Shown: positions 30,140 to 43,865 of the stretch, piece by piece
How positions within the stretch are numbered: position 1 is the first letter of the stretch
Layout of the letters: the number at the start of each line of letters is the position of its first letter
Assembly (NCBI RefSeq): GCF_009914755.1
Contig: NC_060932.1
Reading direction: 5' to 3' (one strand)
DNA length: 64,000 bases
Source: the human T2T-CHM13v2.0 reference genome, Homo sapiens
Position numbers and translations under genes: made by a program
The notes under the pieces: generated by a model
What the model was told of the DNA's origin: nothing
Seen by the model: only the letters and a program-made list of their open reading frames with translations
Database searches by the model: none

Positions 30140-30860
30140 AAACTTCCTTAACTATTGTTCCAAATCTAACTTCATCAATAAAGGTGCAAAATCACAGTGG
30201 GGGTCTCCTGACCTGATGTGATGGTTTAAGACACAATGTCACTTATGTAGCATTTCTATTAAAATGTTTAACTTGAACTCAATTATGAAGAAACAATCAG
30301 ACAAATCCAATGGAAGGATGTTTAGCGAAATATTTGTCCTAAATATTTTATTCAGTCTAACTATTCTGGGCTCTTAAAATGTTAATTTCATGAAATATTC
30401 AGAACAACAATGAAAAAAGCCTGGGGAAATATTTTAGATCAAGAGACCAATGAAACTACAACTGAAAGAAGGCACAATTCTGATGAGATTTTTGGATCAT
30501 TAAAAATATAGTAAATTAACACAAGTATGAAGGGCATTATTGAGGGAGGCAAATGTGGAAATTGGAATATGGATTCTGTATAAGATAATGGGACTCAGTG
30601 TTAAATTTCCTGAATATAATGAATATATTGTAGTTATGTTTTTTAAGGAAATAAATGCCAAACTATTAAAAGATGAAAAATATTAAGGTCTACAACTAAT
30701 TCTCAAATAGTTCAGACACACATGCACATACGCACACACACACAGTGAAAGGGCAAAGGAAAGATTTTAAAATGATGGGTATACACGAAGAGTATAGGTG
30801 GTTCACTGTACTGTTTTCTATAACTTTTCTAAAGTACTAAAATGTTTCAAAATAAAACAG
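30140..30860 (+). mobile_element. L1MC/L1ME-type 3' end
   Basis: CTCAATTATGAAGAAACAATCAGACAAATCCAA, GTGTTAAATTTCCTGA, GTTCACTGTACT...AACTTTTCT...TTTCAAAATAAAA. Confidence 0.75.
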
Positions 30861-32883
30861 TGAAGAAAAAAGATAATCAAGAGGGTAACAACTCTGAGAA
30901 ATTAAAATCACTCTAATTATATTGCCATTTATAAATCAATTACGATGTAGAAACATCACAAGTAACTACAGCACACATCCACCCACCCAGAAGCACAATC
31001 TATCACATTGCATTTTATGAAAAGTAACACCTAAAAAGCACCAGATCTTTGGTTTTTAACTGTCAACCCAACTCACAAAAGTTATTGTGTAACAAAGTAA
31101 TGATTTCAAAATTACTTTTTTAATATAGATATGAGCTGGACAAGAAAACAAAACCAAAAATAAGTTCCTTGGCATATCTTTACCAAGCAGGCACAATTTC
31201 TGTTCACTCATTTGAGCACAGAGGGATAATGAGCGTGTGCTTTCAGAATTCATATTTTTGAAAAATAATATTTAAAACATATCCGTGCAGAGAATCTTGG
31301 CTTGAGTGCACAGGCTTTTATGTTATTTTATTCTTAATATATTTGTATGTTATAAATTTATATTTTAAAATGAAAAACTATTAATATTGTCAATACATTT
31401 ACATTAATAGATAAATTATTCAAATAAACATGCTATACCATTATGTGTATCATCTATCTTAAATTAATATTGTTCTCTCTTTTATTATAGATTAAAGAAA
31501 TAGGGTATTAGAACATTCTGATTGCTCATATTTTAGATACTCCAAAATTAGGTCCCAAATGTCACTCTATTTGAAGTTCTTTGTTTTCAATAATTATGTG
31601 CATTTAAAAATCAATCTAAATTAAACGTTAGAATTTAAAAAATCCTGTAATATGATGCCCAGTGTGCTTATATGTGATATATTCATTAGTTTGCTTAAAA
31701 GTAAAAAATGACACTGGTAACGCATGAAAAGATTACTTGTATTTTTTTTTTCTTAAACTAGGAATATAATAGGTTTGAAGTCCTTAAGGAAATCTTAAGC
31801 CTATAAGGAAATAAGAGAGATTTCTGTGGAAACAAGCTTTTGCTTCAGGAAAAGGAATAAATTGGAGTCTTTTGTGTAGAAAGATATATTTGGATTTTAG
31901 CAACACACAGCTGTCAGGTTACCTAACTAGCTGATTTTATGAAGTGTACAATTTTGACTATCAATTATTTTACACTTTGTATTTCTCTCAGACATTTTGT
32001 ATTTCTATCTTTTTATCATTATTTTAGTTAACAATGAACAATTCTATAGCACTTTTATTAAAGAAAAAAAATTAGCATCCATTGTGTAAAGTTAACCTTT
32101 TCTCCTCACATTTTCCCTTCAACCTACCATTGTCATTGATGTTCAATTGTTTCAAGAAATAATAGAACTCTCCCTTCATTTAAAATGGGTAAATTTTTTA
32201 TAAGCTTCAGAATGTTGGATGTTGCAGCTGTTTAAATAAGAGCAGGAAAAAAATGTGACCTCATAGCTACTTGATTAGCTTGTTTGTTAATAAACAAATT
32301 AACAAATTAATTAATAACAAAATAATAAATTAACCAGAATATACCAAGTTCCCACTTATTTTGGATTAAGCTATCTATGGAAATGACTACATTGGCTTTT
32401 GAAGTAATAATGCAGAAAGCCTCATTTATGAGTCATTGAATTTAATTATGTCTTTCATGGCACTGGTATTCTTTTGTATTGACCAATGACTGAAATGATT
32501 AGCACATATCCGAAATCTGTTGAAAAGGTTTTAGGGAATGTATAACAAGCATGACAGAATATGACATGAAATCATAGTCACTAATCAAAACATCTAAAAC
32601 ATCAAATCAGTGTTGTGTCTGTTTCCAAGGATTATTTATGTTCCAAAATATTCCAGCACATATTAAATTTCAGATCTATTTTTAAGCTCTAAAAACCTTT
32701 CCCATCAACTGATCTGCATTCCCAAAAGCATCTACATTTTTTAACTGTGGCTAACACAGTAATGAGAGTAAAATCAATTAGAAATACTATTAAGGATAAA
32801 ATTAAAATATAAAATATGGAAATAAGAAGTGCAGGGGATCAGATGATTCGATGTCAAATAAATGTTTGATTCAAAAGTGGGTG

Positions 32884-33291
32884 CTGGAGATCACCGTGTT
32901 AAGTAAAATAAGCCAGGAACAGAAAGACAAACATTACATGTTCTCACTTATTTGTAGGATCTCAAAATTAAAACAATTGAACTAATGGCCATAAAGAGTA
33001 AGGTGATTGCCAAGGCTGGGAAGTGTAGTGGGGGTGGTGGGGGAGGTGGGAATGCTTAGTAGGTACAAATAAATAGAAAGAAAGAATAAAACTGATTATT
33101 TGATAGTGCAATAGGGTGATTATAGTCAATAATAACTTAATTGTATATTTTAAAATAATGTAATTGGATTGTTTGTAACTCAAAGGATAAATATTTGAGG
33201 GATGGATACCTCATTCTCTGTGATGTGTTTATTTCACATTGCATACCTGTATCAAAACATCTCATGTACCCCAAAATATATACACCTAGTA
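32884..33291 (+). mobile_element. L1MA (MA1-3-like) 3' end fragment
   Basis: GTTAAGTAAAATAAGCCAGG..AGAAAGACAAA, ATGTTCTCACTTATTTGT, ATAGTCAATAATAACTTAATTGTA, CAAAACATCTCATGTACCCC; flanked by CAAAAGTGG(G/A)TG repeats. Confidence 0.88.
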
Positions 33292-35562
33292 CAAAAGTGG
33301 ATGAGAAGATGACTGACTAGAAGCAGCTAATGCATTCCACTCTCACAGAGAGGATAAAGAATGGTAAGTAAACACTAGCTCTTTGACTAGATTGCCTAGT
33401 TGGCTATATTGGGAGTCATCAAGGAAGAAACATGACCCACAGAAAACAGAGAAGGGCAAACAGGACAGCCACCCACTCAGGACTGGCACAGAGCCGGGGG
33501 AGCTCCCCAACATGAGGAAATGGTGACTGTGTAAGAGTCCCTGGGGACCCACATTTCTGCCATGGACCTTTGCAACCCTTGGCTTAGGAGATCCCGCATG
33601 ACTCCCCACACCAGGACTTCCAGACTCACACGAAGAGCTATGTGGAAACTGGGCAGAGCTGCCACTCAGAAACAGGTGGATTCCCAGGGGCCTTAGACTC
33701 CTGAACACCCCAGCACAAGCGGCTGCAGCTCCAACAACAGAGGAGGCCATGCTCCCATAATAAGGTCTAAATCCATGGGACTGAGGAGGAGACAGACTTT
33801 AAGCCTTGCCTCCATTACACCTTTCCAGACGAGGTTCACCAGCCAGTGACAGAAGTGCAGCTACCCTAGCCCTGCCTGAGCTCTCTGGCAGGTAGCAGCC
33901 CTGCATTTCCAAGGGATGAATTTCCTAGAGGTAGCCAGCAGGCTCACAGTTCTCGTTCCTGTTGCCCTCAGGCTCAAGAGGGAGCGAAGTGATTAAAGAC
34001 TAACACAGGCCCCCAGCACAGCACAAGTGCCTTATGGAAAAGGAGCCAGACTGTTTTCCAAGAAGGTTCCTGCTCCTGCAACTCCTCCCTGGCTACAGTC
34101 TATCGACCTGGGATCCCAGCCACCCCACCCTCACCTGATCACTTGGGCCGGAAGAAGCTCTGTACTTCCTGAGATGGAGCTCCCAGAGGTAGGAGGGAGG
34201 ACCACCATTTTTGCTGCTCCACAGCCTCAGCCCCTGCTGCCCTCAGACTCAGGAGGGAGCAAAGATATTAAGAACGAACATGGGCCCCAAGCACAGTGCA
34301 GCTGCCTTATGGAAGAGCAGCCAGAATGTTTTCCACATGAATCCCTGCCCCTGTTACTCCTCACTGGGCAGAGTCTCTTGACTTGGGCCAACACAACCAC
34401 CCTTCCCCCCCCATACACTTTTGCCAGTGGCAGCTCTGCGATTTTCTGGGAAGGAAATCCCAGAGACAATCCACAGCCCCTCTTCCATGGCAACTGTGGT
34501 GGTACAGCCCTTACTGCTTTTGAGCTCGGGAAGGAATACAGGGCCTGGTTGCATTACTGGCACCTCCAACGTGCTGCAGCCACCATATGGAGATGAGCCG
34601 AGTCTCTCTTCTCTGTGAGCTCCAAACCCCTACTCTTCACCAGGCAAGGCCTCCAGCTCAGACTACAGAGCAGCTGCCCTACTCCTCACTGAGTATTTCC
34701 AGCAGTGTTTCTTGGGGGAGGAGCTTCCAGAGGCAACTGACAGCCACTGCTGCTGCCAGTGCGGCAGTTCTGCCCTTACTGCCCTTGGAATGAGGAAGGA
34801 ACAAAGGGTCTGAGGCCTTTATTTGTGCCTCCAGCATGCCATGGTTGCCATATGGAAAGAAGCCCAATCTCTCTCCCTGTAGGCACCAAACCCCTGCCCT
34901 TCACAAAGCAGGGCCCCCAGCTTGAGTCCAAAGTACAACTGCTCCAGACCCTGGCTGAACATTCCCACTGGTAGTGGCTCTGTGTTTCTCTTGGATGGAG
35001 CTCCCAGAGGCAACTAAAAGCCCTTCTGCCACTGCCAGTGCTGTAATACTGCCCTTACCCCATGGACTGTCATAGGAACAAAGATCCTGGGTTCTTTACT
35101 TACACCTCCAGCATGCTGCATCTGCCCTGAAGAGAAGAGGCCATTTTGTTTTCCCCAAGAGCCTACTGCCTACCGTGCTTATCACCAGGCAGGGCCCCCT
35201 GGCTTGGGCCCATATTACAGCTGCCTCCAGTTAGACTTATTGCTGCAGTTGGTAGTGGCTCTATGTTTCTCTGAGGTGGAGTCCCAAGAGACAAATCAAA
35301 GTCCTACCATTGCTATTGCCAAGGTCCTTTACCTTGCTGTCCCAAGCCTGGGCAGGGAACATAAGGCCTGACCTCACCCCAGGACTGAAGTATGCAGCTG
35401 GGGAATGCCAACCTGAGATCTGCAGCCAGCAAGAAATAAGCCTACACTCTCACAGCACTGAAAGGGAGCACAGCTACGAATGCTAGGAAATATAGAGGAG
35501 CCACATGGCTGAGCAAGAGCCTACTAAATGGCCATTACACTTAGGCACCATCTACTAGATCA

Positions 35563-35940
<378 letters not shown>

Positions 35941-38900
35941 CTAACTCAGTCAGACAAAAATGAAGAAAAAAGAATAAAAAAAACCACTAAGAAACATGGA
36001 TTATGTAAAGAGACCAAATCTATGACTTACTGATGATGTTCTTAAAACAAAAGGAGAAAAAACAAGCAACATGGGAAACATATTTACAAATATTATTCAT
36101 TAAAATATCCCCAACCTTGCTAGAGAGGGCAACATTCAAATTCAGGAAGTCTGGAGAACCCATGCAAGCTACTATACAGGACAACCATCCCTAAGAAATA
36201 TAGATATCAGATTCTCCAAGGTTAACATGAAAGAAAAAATATTAAAAAGAGCTAGAGAGAAGATGCAGGTCACATACAAAGGGAACCCCATCAAGTTAAT
36301 GAAGGAATGTTCAGCAGAAACCTTACAAGTCAGAAGAGATTGGGGGCCTATATTCAGCCTAATCCCACCAAGAATTTCATATCCAGCCAAACTAACTTTT
36401 ATAAGCAAAGGAGAAATAAGATCCTTTCCAGAAAAGCAAATGTGAAGGGAATTTGTTGCCAACAGACATATCTTACAATAGGTATTAATATTAAGGGAGT
36501 ACTAAACAAGGAAATGAATAATTGTTGCTAGCCATCTCAAAAACACACTTAAGTACATAAACCATAGACACTATAAAGCAACTACACAATCAAGTCTGCA
36601 TAACAACCATGTTACAAAATGATTATGGAATCAAATATACATATATCAATATTAACCTTAAGCATAAATGGGCTAAACACCCCATGTAAATGTCACAGAG
36701 TGGCAAGTTGAATGAAAAAAGTAAGACCCAACTTTATGCTGTCTCTAAGAGACCAACCTCACATACAACGACACCTCTAGGCTCAAAGTAAAGGGATTAA
36801 AAAAAAAAGCTACCAAGCAAACATAAAAATATAGAGCAGCGATTGCTATTCTAATTCCTCACAAAAGAGGATTTAAACCAGAAGTGATGGGGAAAAAAAA
36901 CCTTGTATAATGGTAAAGATTTCAATTCAGCAAGAGGGCTTAACTTTCCTAACTATATGTGCATACAACACAGGAGCAGCCAGATTTATAAAACAAGTTA
37001 TTAGAGACTTAAAAATAGATTTCAATAACCATACAATAATAGTGGTAGAATTCAACACGTTACTAGAATTGAAGCATTAGAGATAGTGTTAGAGAGATCA
37101 TTGAGACAGAAAACTAACCAAGATACTCAGGACCTCAACTCAACATTCAACCAAATGGACCTAACAGATATCTATAGAACTCTTCAGCCAAAAACAAAAG
37201 AATATACATTCTTCTCATTTGTATATTGCAGATGCTCTAAATTGACCACACAATTAGCCATAAAACAATCTTCAGGAAATTGAGAAAAAAATACGAAATA
37301 ATACCAACCACACTGTCACACCACTGAGCAATAAAAATTGAAACCAATACCAAGAAGATCACTCAAAATCATAAAATTACAAGGAAATTAAACAAACACT
37401 CCTGAATGACTTCTGAGTAAACAGTTTGTAGCACTAAAACCCACATCAAAAAGTTAGAAAAATCTCAAATCAACAATCTAACATCAAACCTTGAAGATCT
37501 AGAAAATCAAAAGCAAACCAACCACAAAGCTAAGATTAGATAAGAAGTAAAGAAAATCAGAGCTGAACTGAATGAAATTGACATGCAAAAAGCCATAGGA
37601 AAGACTAGTGATGCCATGAATTTTTTCTTTAAAAAATAAGGAAGATAGATATATTGGTAGCTAGACTCATTTAAAAAGAGAGAGAAAATATCCAAATAAA
37701 TGCAATCAGAAATGAGAAAAGGGATATTACCACTGAACCCACAGAAATACAACAATCAGAAACTGTTATGAACACCTCTATACACACAAACTGCAAAACC
37801 TGGAAGAAATGGATAAATTCCTGGAAAGGTGCAACCTCCCAAGACTGAACCAGGACAAAATTGAAACCTTGAACAGACCAATAACAACTTCTGAAATTGA
37901 ATCAGTAAGAAAATCTACTAACCAGAAAATGACCAGGCCCAGGTTTTCAGATTCACAGCTGAATCCTATCAGGCATATAAAAAGAGTTGATACCATTTCT
38001 ACTGAAAGTATTCCACAAAAATTGAAGAGGTAAGACTCCTCCTTAACTCATTCTGTAAGGCCAACATCATTTCGAAACCCAGATCTGGCAAAGATACAAC
38101 AATAAAAGGAAACTTCGGGCCGATATAAATGATGATCATAAGATACAAAAATCCTCAACAAAGTCCTAACAAACTGAATCCAGCAGCACATCAAAAAAGT
38201 AATTCACCACAATCCAGTAGGGTTTATCCCTGAGATGCAAGGTTGCTTCAATATACAGAAATCAATAAATATGATTAATCACATAAACAGAACTAAAGAC
38301 AAAAACCTTATGCTCATTTTAATAGAGACAGGAAAGCTTTTGATAAAATTTAGCATGCCTTTCTGTTATAAACCCTCAACAAACTAGGAATTGAAGAAAC
38401 ATACCTCACAATAATAAGAGCCATCTATGACAAACCCACAGTTAACATCATTCTGAATGAGTAAATGTTGGAAGTATTCTAATTCAGAACTGGAACAAGG
38501 CAAGGATGCCCACTCTTACCACTCCTATTCAATATGGTCCTGAAAGTCTTAACCAGAGCAATCAGGCAAGAGAAAGAAATGAAAACCTCTGAATAAGAAG
38601 AGAGGCACTCAAACTACGTCTGTTTGCAGAGATATCATTTTATACCTTGAAAATCTGTTAGTCTCTGTCCCAAAGCTCCTGGATCTGATAAACAACTTCA
38701 GCAAAGTTTTGGGATGCAAAATCAATGTACAAAGATCAGTAACATTTCTATACAGCAATTATGATCAAGATAAGTTCCAAATCAACAACGTAGTTCCATT
38801 CACAATAACGACACAAAAATAAAATACCTAGGAATACAGTTAACCCAAGATGTGAAAGATCTCTACAATGGGAATTACAAATCATTGCTGAAAGAAATAA

Positions 38901-40719
38901 CAGTTCACATAAACAAAAAACATTACATGCTCATGGATAGGAAGTATCAATATAGTAAAACTGACCATACTGTCCAAACAAATTTTCAATATTATTCCTA
39001 TCAAACTACCAATGATAGTTTTCACAGAATTACAAAAAACTATTCTAAAATCCATATGGAACCAGAAAAGAGCCCAAATAGCCAAAGCAATACTGAGCAA
39101 AAATAACAAAGCTGGAGGCATTGCATTACCTGACTTCAAACTATACTGCATGGCCACAGTAATCAAAACAGCTTGGTGCTGGTACAAAAACAGACACACA
39201 AATTGTTGGAACATAATAGAGAGCCCAGAAATAAAGTCACACACCTACAATCATCTGATTTTAAACAAGTGGACAAAAGAAAGCAATGGCAAAGTACTCC
39301 CCATTCAATAACTGGTGCTGGGACAACTGGCTAGCCATTATACAGAAGATAGAAACTGGACCCCTTCCTTATACCATGTACAAATATCAACTCAAGATGG
39401 ATTAAAGGCTTAAATATAAAACCAAAACTATAAAAATCCTTGGAGAAAACGAAGGAAATATTACTCTGGACATAGGCCCTGGCAAAGATTTTATAATAAG
39501 GATGCTGAAAGCAATTGCAACAAAAACAAAAATTGACAAATGTGATTAAACTATGGAGCTTCTCTACAGAAATAAAAGAAAAAACTATCAACAGAGTAAA
39601 TAAAAAATTTACAGAATGGGAGAATATACTTGCAAACTGTGCATCTGATAGAGGTCTAACATCCAGAATCTATAAGGAATTTAAACAAATTAACAAGCAA
39701 AAAAAAAAACTAATTAAAAAGTGGTCAAAGGACAGTATGGCCATTCTCACAATATTGATTATTCCTACCTATAAGCATGGAATCTTTTTCCATTTGTTTG
39801 TGTTTTCTCTGGTTTCCTCTATTCCTATTTGAATACGAAATTTATTCCTCTTGCCTGGACAAAACTTCCAATACTAAGGTGAGTAGGAGTGGTGAGATAG
39901 GGAATCCTTGTCTTGTTCTGGTTTTCAAAGGGAATGTTTCCAGCTTTTGCCCCTTCAGTATATTGGCTGTGGGTTTGTCATACATGGCTTTTATTATTTT
40001 GAGGTATGTTCCTTCAATACTGAGTTTATTGAGAGTTTTTAATACAAAGAAATATTTAATTTTATTGAAAGACTTTTCTGTATTTATTGAGATAATGGTG
40101 TTGTTTTTTTCTTTAGTTCTATTTATGTGATGAATTACATTTATTGATGTGCCTATGGTGAACCAACCTTGAATTTAGGTGATAAAGCCATCTTGATTGT
40201 GGTGGATAAGCCTTTTGATGTGCTGCTGGATTTGGTTTGCCAGGATTTCATTGATGATTTTTGCATCAATGATCATCAGAAATTTTTACCTGAAGTTTTC
40301 TTTTCTTGCTGTTTATCTGCCAGGTTTTGGCATCAGGATAATCCTGGTCGCATAAAATGAGTTAGAGAGGAGTCCCTTCTTTTGAAATTGTTTGGAACAG
40401 GTTCAATAGAAATGGTACTTTTTTACCACTGATAGAATTCAGCTGTAAACCTGTCTGCTATTTCCATTAAACTACTCATTGCTATTCTTCACAGAATTAG
40501 GACAAACAATTTTAAAACTCATATGGATCCAAAAAGCCTGTATAACCAAGAGAATCCTAAGCTAAAGAAACAAAGCTTGAGGCATCACACTACCCAGCTT
40601 CAAACTGTACTACAAACTAGGCTACAGTAACCACAACAGCATGGTACTGGTACAGAAACAGACACATAGACCAATGGAACAAAATAAAGAACTCAGAAAT
40701 AAGACCACACACCTACAAA

Positions 40720-41505
40720 TGAAGCAGTGTCATTGTTTGGGGTAAATAGCCAAGGTTCATTGTCTCACACCAAGGAAATCGAGTACACTGACACACAAAA
40801 TGTGAGTTTAGCAGTGGAGGTTTCATAGGCAAAAGAAAGAGAAAGGAGAATAGCTCTCTTTCCTGTGAGAAAGAGGGGTGCCCAAATGGGACTTCCGGCC
40901 CACAGTGGAGTGCACAGGCTTTTATAGACAGGCTTGAGGAAGTAGTGTCTGATTTACATAGAGCCCACAGATTGGTTGCTCGAGGTGTGACTTTTACATA
41001 GTGCATGAGGAAGCTGGCAACCCAACCCTAATCTTTTTATTATGCAAATGGGTCTTTACTTGGCCAGCACCATGTTGTCTGCTCCCTACTGCACACGTGG
41101 TTTGCAAGAAGAGAATATGAAGCCACCATGGTAGACATTCCTAGTCCCCATGTAGCCCCTTTCGTATTGGCATAGCTGACAGCATTCATCCATGCAAGCT
41201 TATAGCTCTCCTTTGTATGACTGCAGCTGGATTTTACAGGCTACTCTTTGTTAGAAAAGAAAATAATTTGGGGGCTGCTTTATTTTTTTTTTTTTTGAGA
41301 CGGGGTCTCACTCTATCGCCCAGGCTAGAGTGCAGTGGTGTGATCTCAGCTCACTGCAAACTCTGCCTCCTGGGTTCACGCCATTCTCCTGCCTCAGCCT
41401 ACCCAGAAGCTGAGTGGGGCTGCTTTTTATCAAAAGGAAAACCTTGCTGAGGACTTCCGTACCTTCACTAACTGCCTACATAATTTCTTTTTAGCTCATA
41501 TATAA
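40720..41505 (-). mobile_element. 3' LTR of a second ERV1 (LTR9/MER61-like, HUERS-P3 group; subfamily uncertain)
   Basis: Reverse strand reads purine tract CTGAGGGAGGAT, then ..GAGCTAAAAAGAAATTATGTAGGCAGTTAGTGAAGGTACGGAAGTCCTC, ending ..GCTTCA. Confidence 0.8.
41283..41413 (-). mobile_element. Heavily 5'-truncated Alu (right monomer only, AluY-like) inside the LTR
   Basis: T tail, GTTCACGCCATTCTCC; TSD GGGGCTGCTTT at 41271-41281 and 41416-41426. Confidence 0.93.
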
Positions 41506-43654
41506 ATCCTCCCTCAGGAGTGGTAACCTTAACTGCTGTTAGGGGGTGTTAGATGATGACCCTTTCTGGCTACTTCCACTAAAAAAGGGCATCATATAGG
41601 GAATAGAAGCTAGGGCTCCCCCTGGGGTTGATCTAAGGGTCCTCAGAAGAAAGGCATGTCCATGCCTGATTCTATCTGCAGCATCATTTGGAGATTTATT
41701 GTTTCTAGGCAAGGAGATAAATTTTACTTTGAATGCTATGAGTATTAAGATTACCACTAGTAGTGGGGGTACTATAGGCTACAACCATGACAGTAGAGTT
41801 TGATACCTATCGGCCATTCTGATGGGTTATAATACCAGTTTGCCTCCACCAGATGTAGTCGTATTTTACCAGAAACATTGATATGAAAGCAATGTTTTTC
41901 TTTGAGAAAAACACATATTTTCCCCTTGACTTGCCATTAGGTGGTAATTTTAGGTCTAGGTCATCTTTAATAACTTGTTATATGTTTGGGAGAAATACGT
42001 TATTGGGTGGCTAGAGTAACTTTAGTGTTAACCGTGGCTAAATCTTTCCTGCAGTTATGAGTTCTTTCACAACTTCCACAGACCATCTACAACATGCTTT
42101 AACTTTCTGACTTGTCATAAACCTTCCTCTTTTCAATCAATCAGTTATTCTCTTTAGGACCCAAATTTACTATATGAGATCCTTTCTTATATAAAATCTC
42201 TTCTTTTTAACTTTCTTTGCATTGGTAGGGTGTAACATATTATGAAACCAAATAAAAATTCCTAGCAGACTCAGTGATTATAAAAGTTTCATGCTTACTT
42301 CCTGTTGGTAATTTTTATTCCTGCTATAAAAAAATAATTAAGCAAAATACTACAGCAATGGAAACTTTCTGTCTGGTATTCCAGTTAGAAGGCGCTACCA
42401 TGTATAGCACTAATGCAAATAGTAGAGTGAGTATAACAATTCCCACAAGTGTGTTGTAGCAGATAATTTCCACCAAAAATTTTACTCTCTAGGACATAAC
42501 ATTTGCCTTTAGGGGTCTATGAAGTTACAAATGCAACTCCATGAATAATTAAATCTATGAAGTTACAAATGCAATCCCATGAATAATTAAAATCTCCCTG
42601 CAGGTATGCCTCAAAAAGACGTTCTAATATCTGATGGCAAATCTCAATAGGAAAAATAGAAATGACTGAAAGTATCTGGTAAGGTAAAAGTAGGACTGAG
42701 TAAGATGACTAACCATTACTCATTTAATTATCTTTTATGATTTTCAGCTTAAGGTCTATTTCTTCACACTGATATTTAACATGTTCCTCTGGGCTGTTAG
42801 GGATTGCTCTCTCAGCTTTCCAGGTTTTGACTCAAATGTGATGTATCCAGGAATTGATACCTGTAATTTTTACCACTGAGGGGGTCGAAAGAAGGCCAGT
42901 TCAGGACTCTTCCTAGCTTGGGCTCAGGGAGGGAGAGAAGGGAGAGCTTTTACCAATACTAAATCTGGGTTAAATAAAGGTGGTTCTATTTCTTGGGGTT
43001 GTGCTTCAGCTAGTTTGGTTAATTCCTGTTGAATGTGAGCCAGAGAGGGAACATGCTTTACCAATTCAGATGTCCTCTGGTCTCATAAGAAATCACTGGT
43101 AAGGAAAGGCCACCCCAACAGCATCTTGAAAGGGCTCATACCTAACTTTAAAGGAGTGTATTTTTACTTGAAATAAAGCCATGGGAAGAAGAGTGACCAA
43201 GAAAGATAAGTATTTTGGGACAGCTTTCTGACATGTCTTATTTGTCTTCTCTACTTTTCCTGATGACTAGAATCTCTAAGTGCAGTGGATACTGTATGCC
43301 TAGTGCATTTGACACCACCTTGTGACAACTGCCTTAAATGAGGGGCTGTTGTAATTTTGGAGGTACTTAGGTAGACCAAAATGGGGAAATTTTTCATCAA
43401 TTAACACTTTTATTACTGTAGAGATTCTTTCTATATGGCAAGGAAATGCTTCTACCCAGTTAGTGAAAGTGTCTACCCTTATCAGCAGGTATTGGATACA
43501 CTTCTTCTTTGGTATGTGGGTGAAGTTGATCTGCCAGTCCTCCCAAAGATAGCTTCTTATCTTTTGGGTTTGAGAAGTAAGGAGCTATCTGTTCAGGGGA
43601 TTATTTTTAAGACAGACTTCACAGGCATTAACAACCTGTTTGACTGTTCTTAAT
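41506..43654 (-). mobile_element. Truncated ERV1 internal region with integrase pseudogene relic
   Basis: Minus-strand translation near 43250-43500 gives YLLIRVDTFTNWVEAFPC, FPHFGLPKYLQNYNSPSFKA and SSGKVEK, matching the gammaretrovirus-like integrase core. Confidence 0.85.
42516..42591. repeat. 38-bp tandem duplication
   Basis: TCTATGAAGTTACAAATGCAA(CT/TC)CCATGAATAATTAAA twice. Confidence 0.95.

Positions 43655-43865
<211 letters not shown>

Noticed and set aside
32872-33303. Idea that the L1MA fragment was inserted after the younger L1
   Set aside because: The third TSD copy at 45569-45579 is explained more simply by sequential insertion, old element first.
34027-34596. 189-aa Pro/Ser-rich ORF and overlapping ORFs
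   Set aside because: Lies in the GC-rich monomeric L1 5'UTR, where stop codons are rare on both strands; no recognisable domain.
36227-39832. L1 ORF1/ORF2 peptide fragments as functional CDS
   Set aside because: Broken by many stops, frameshifts and deletions; retrotransposition-incompetent.
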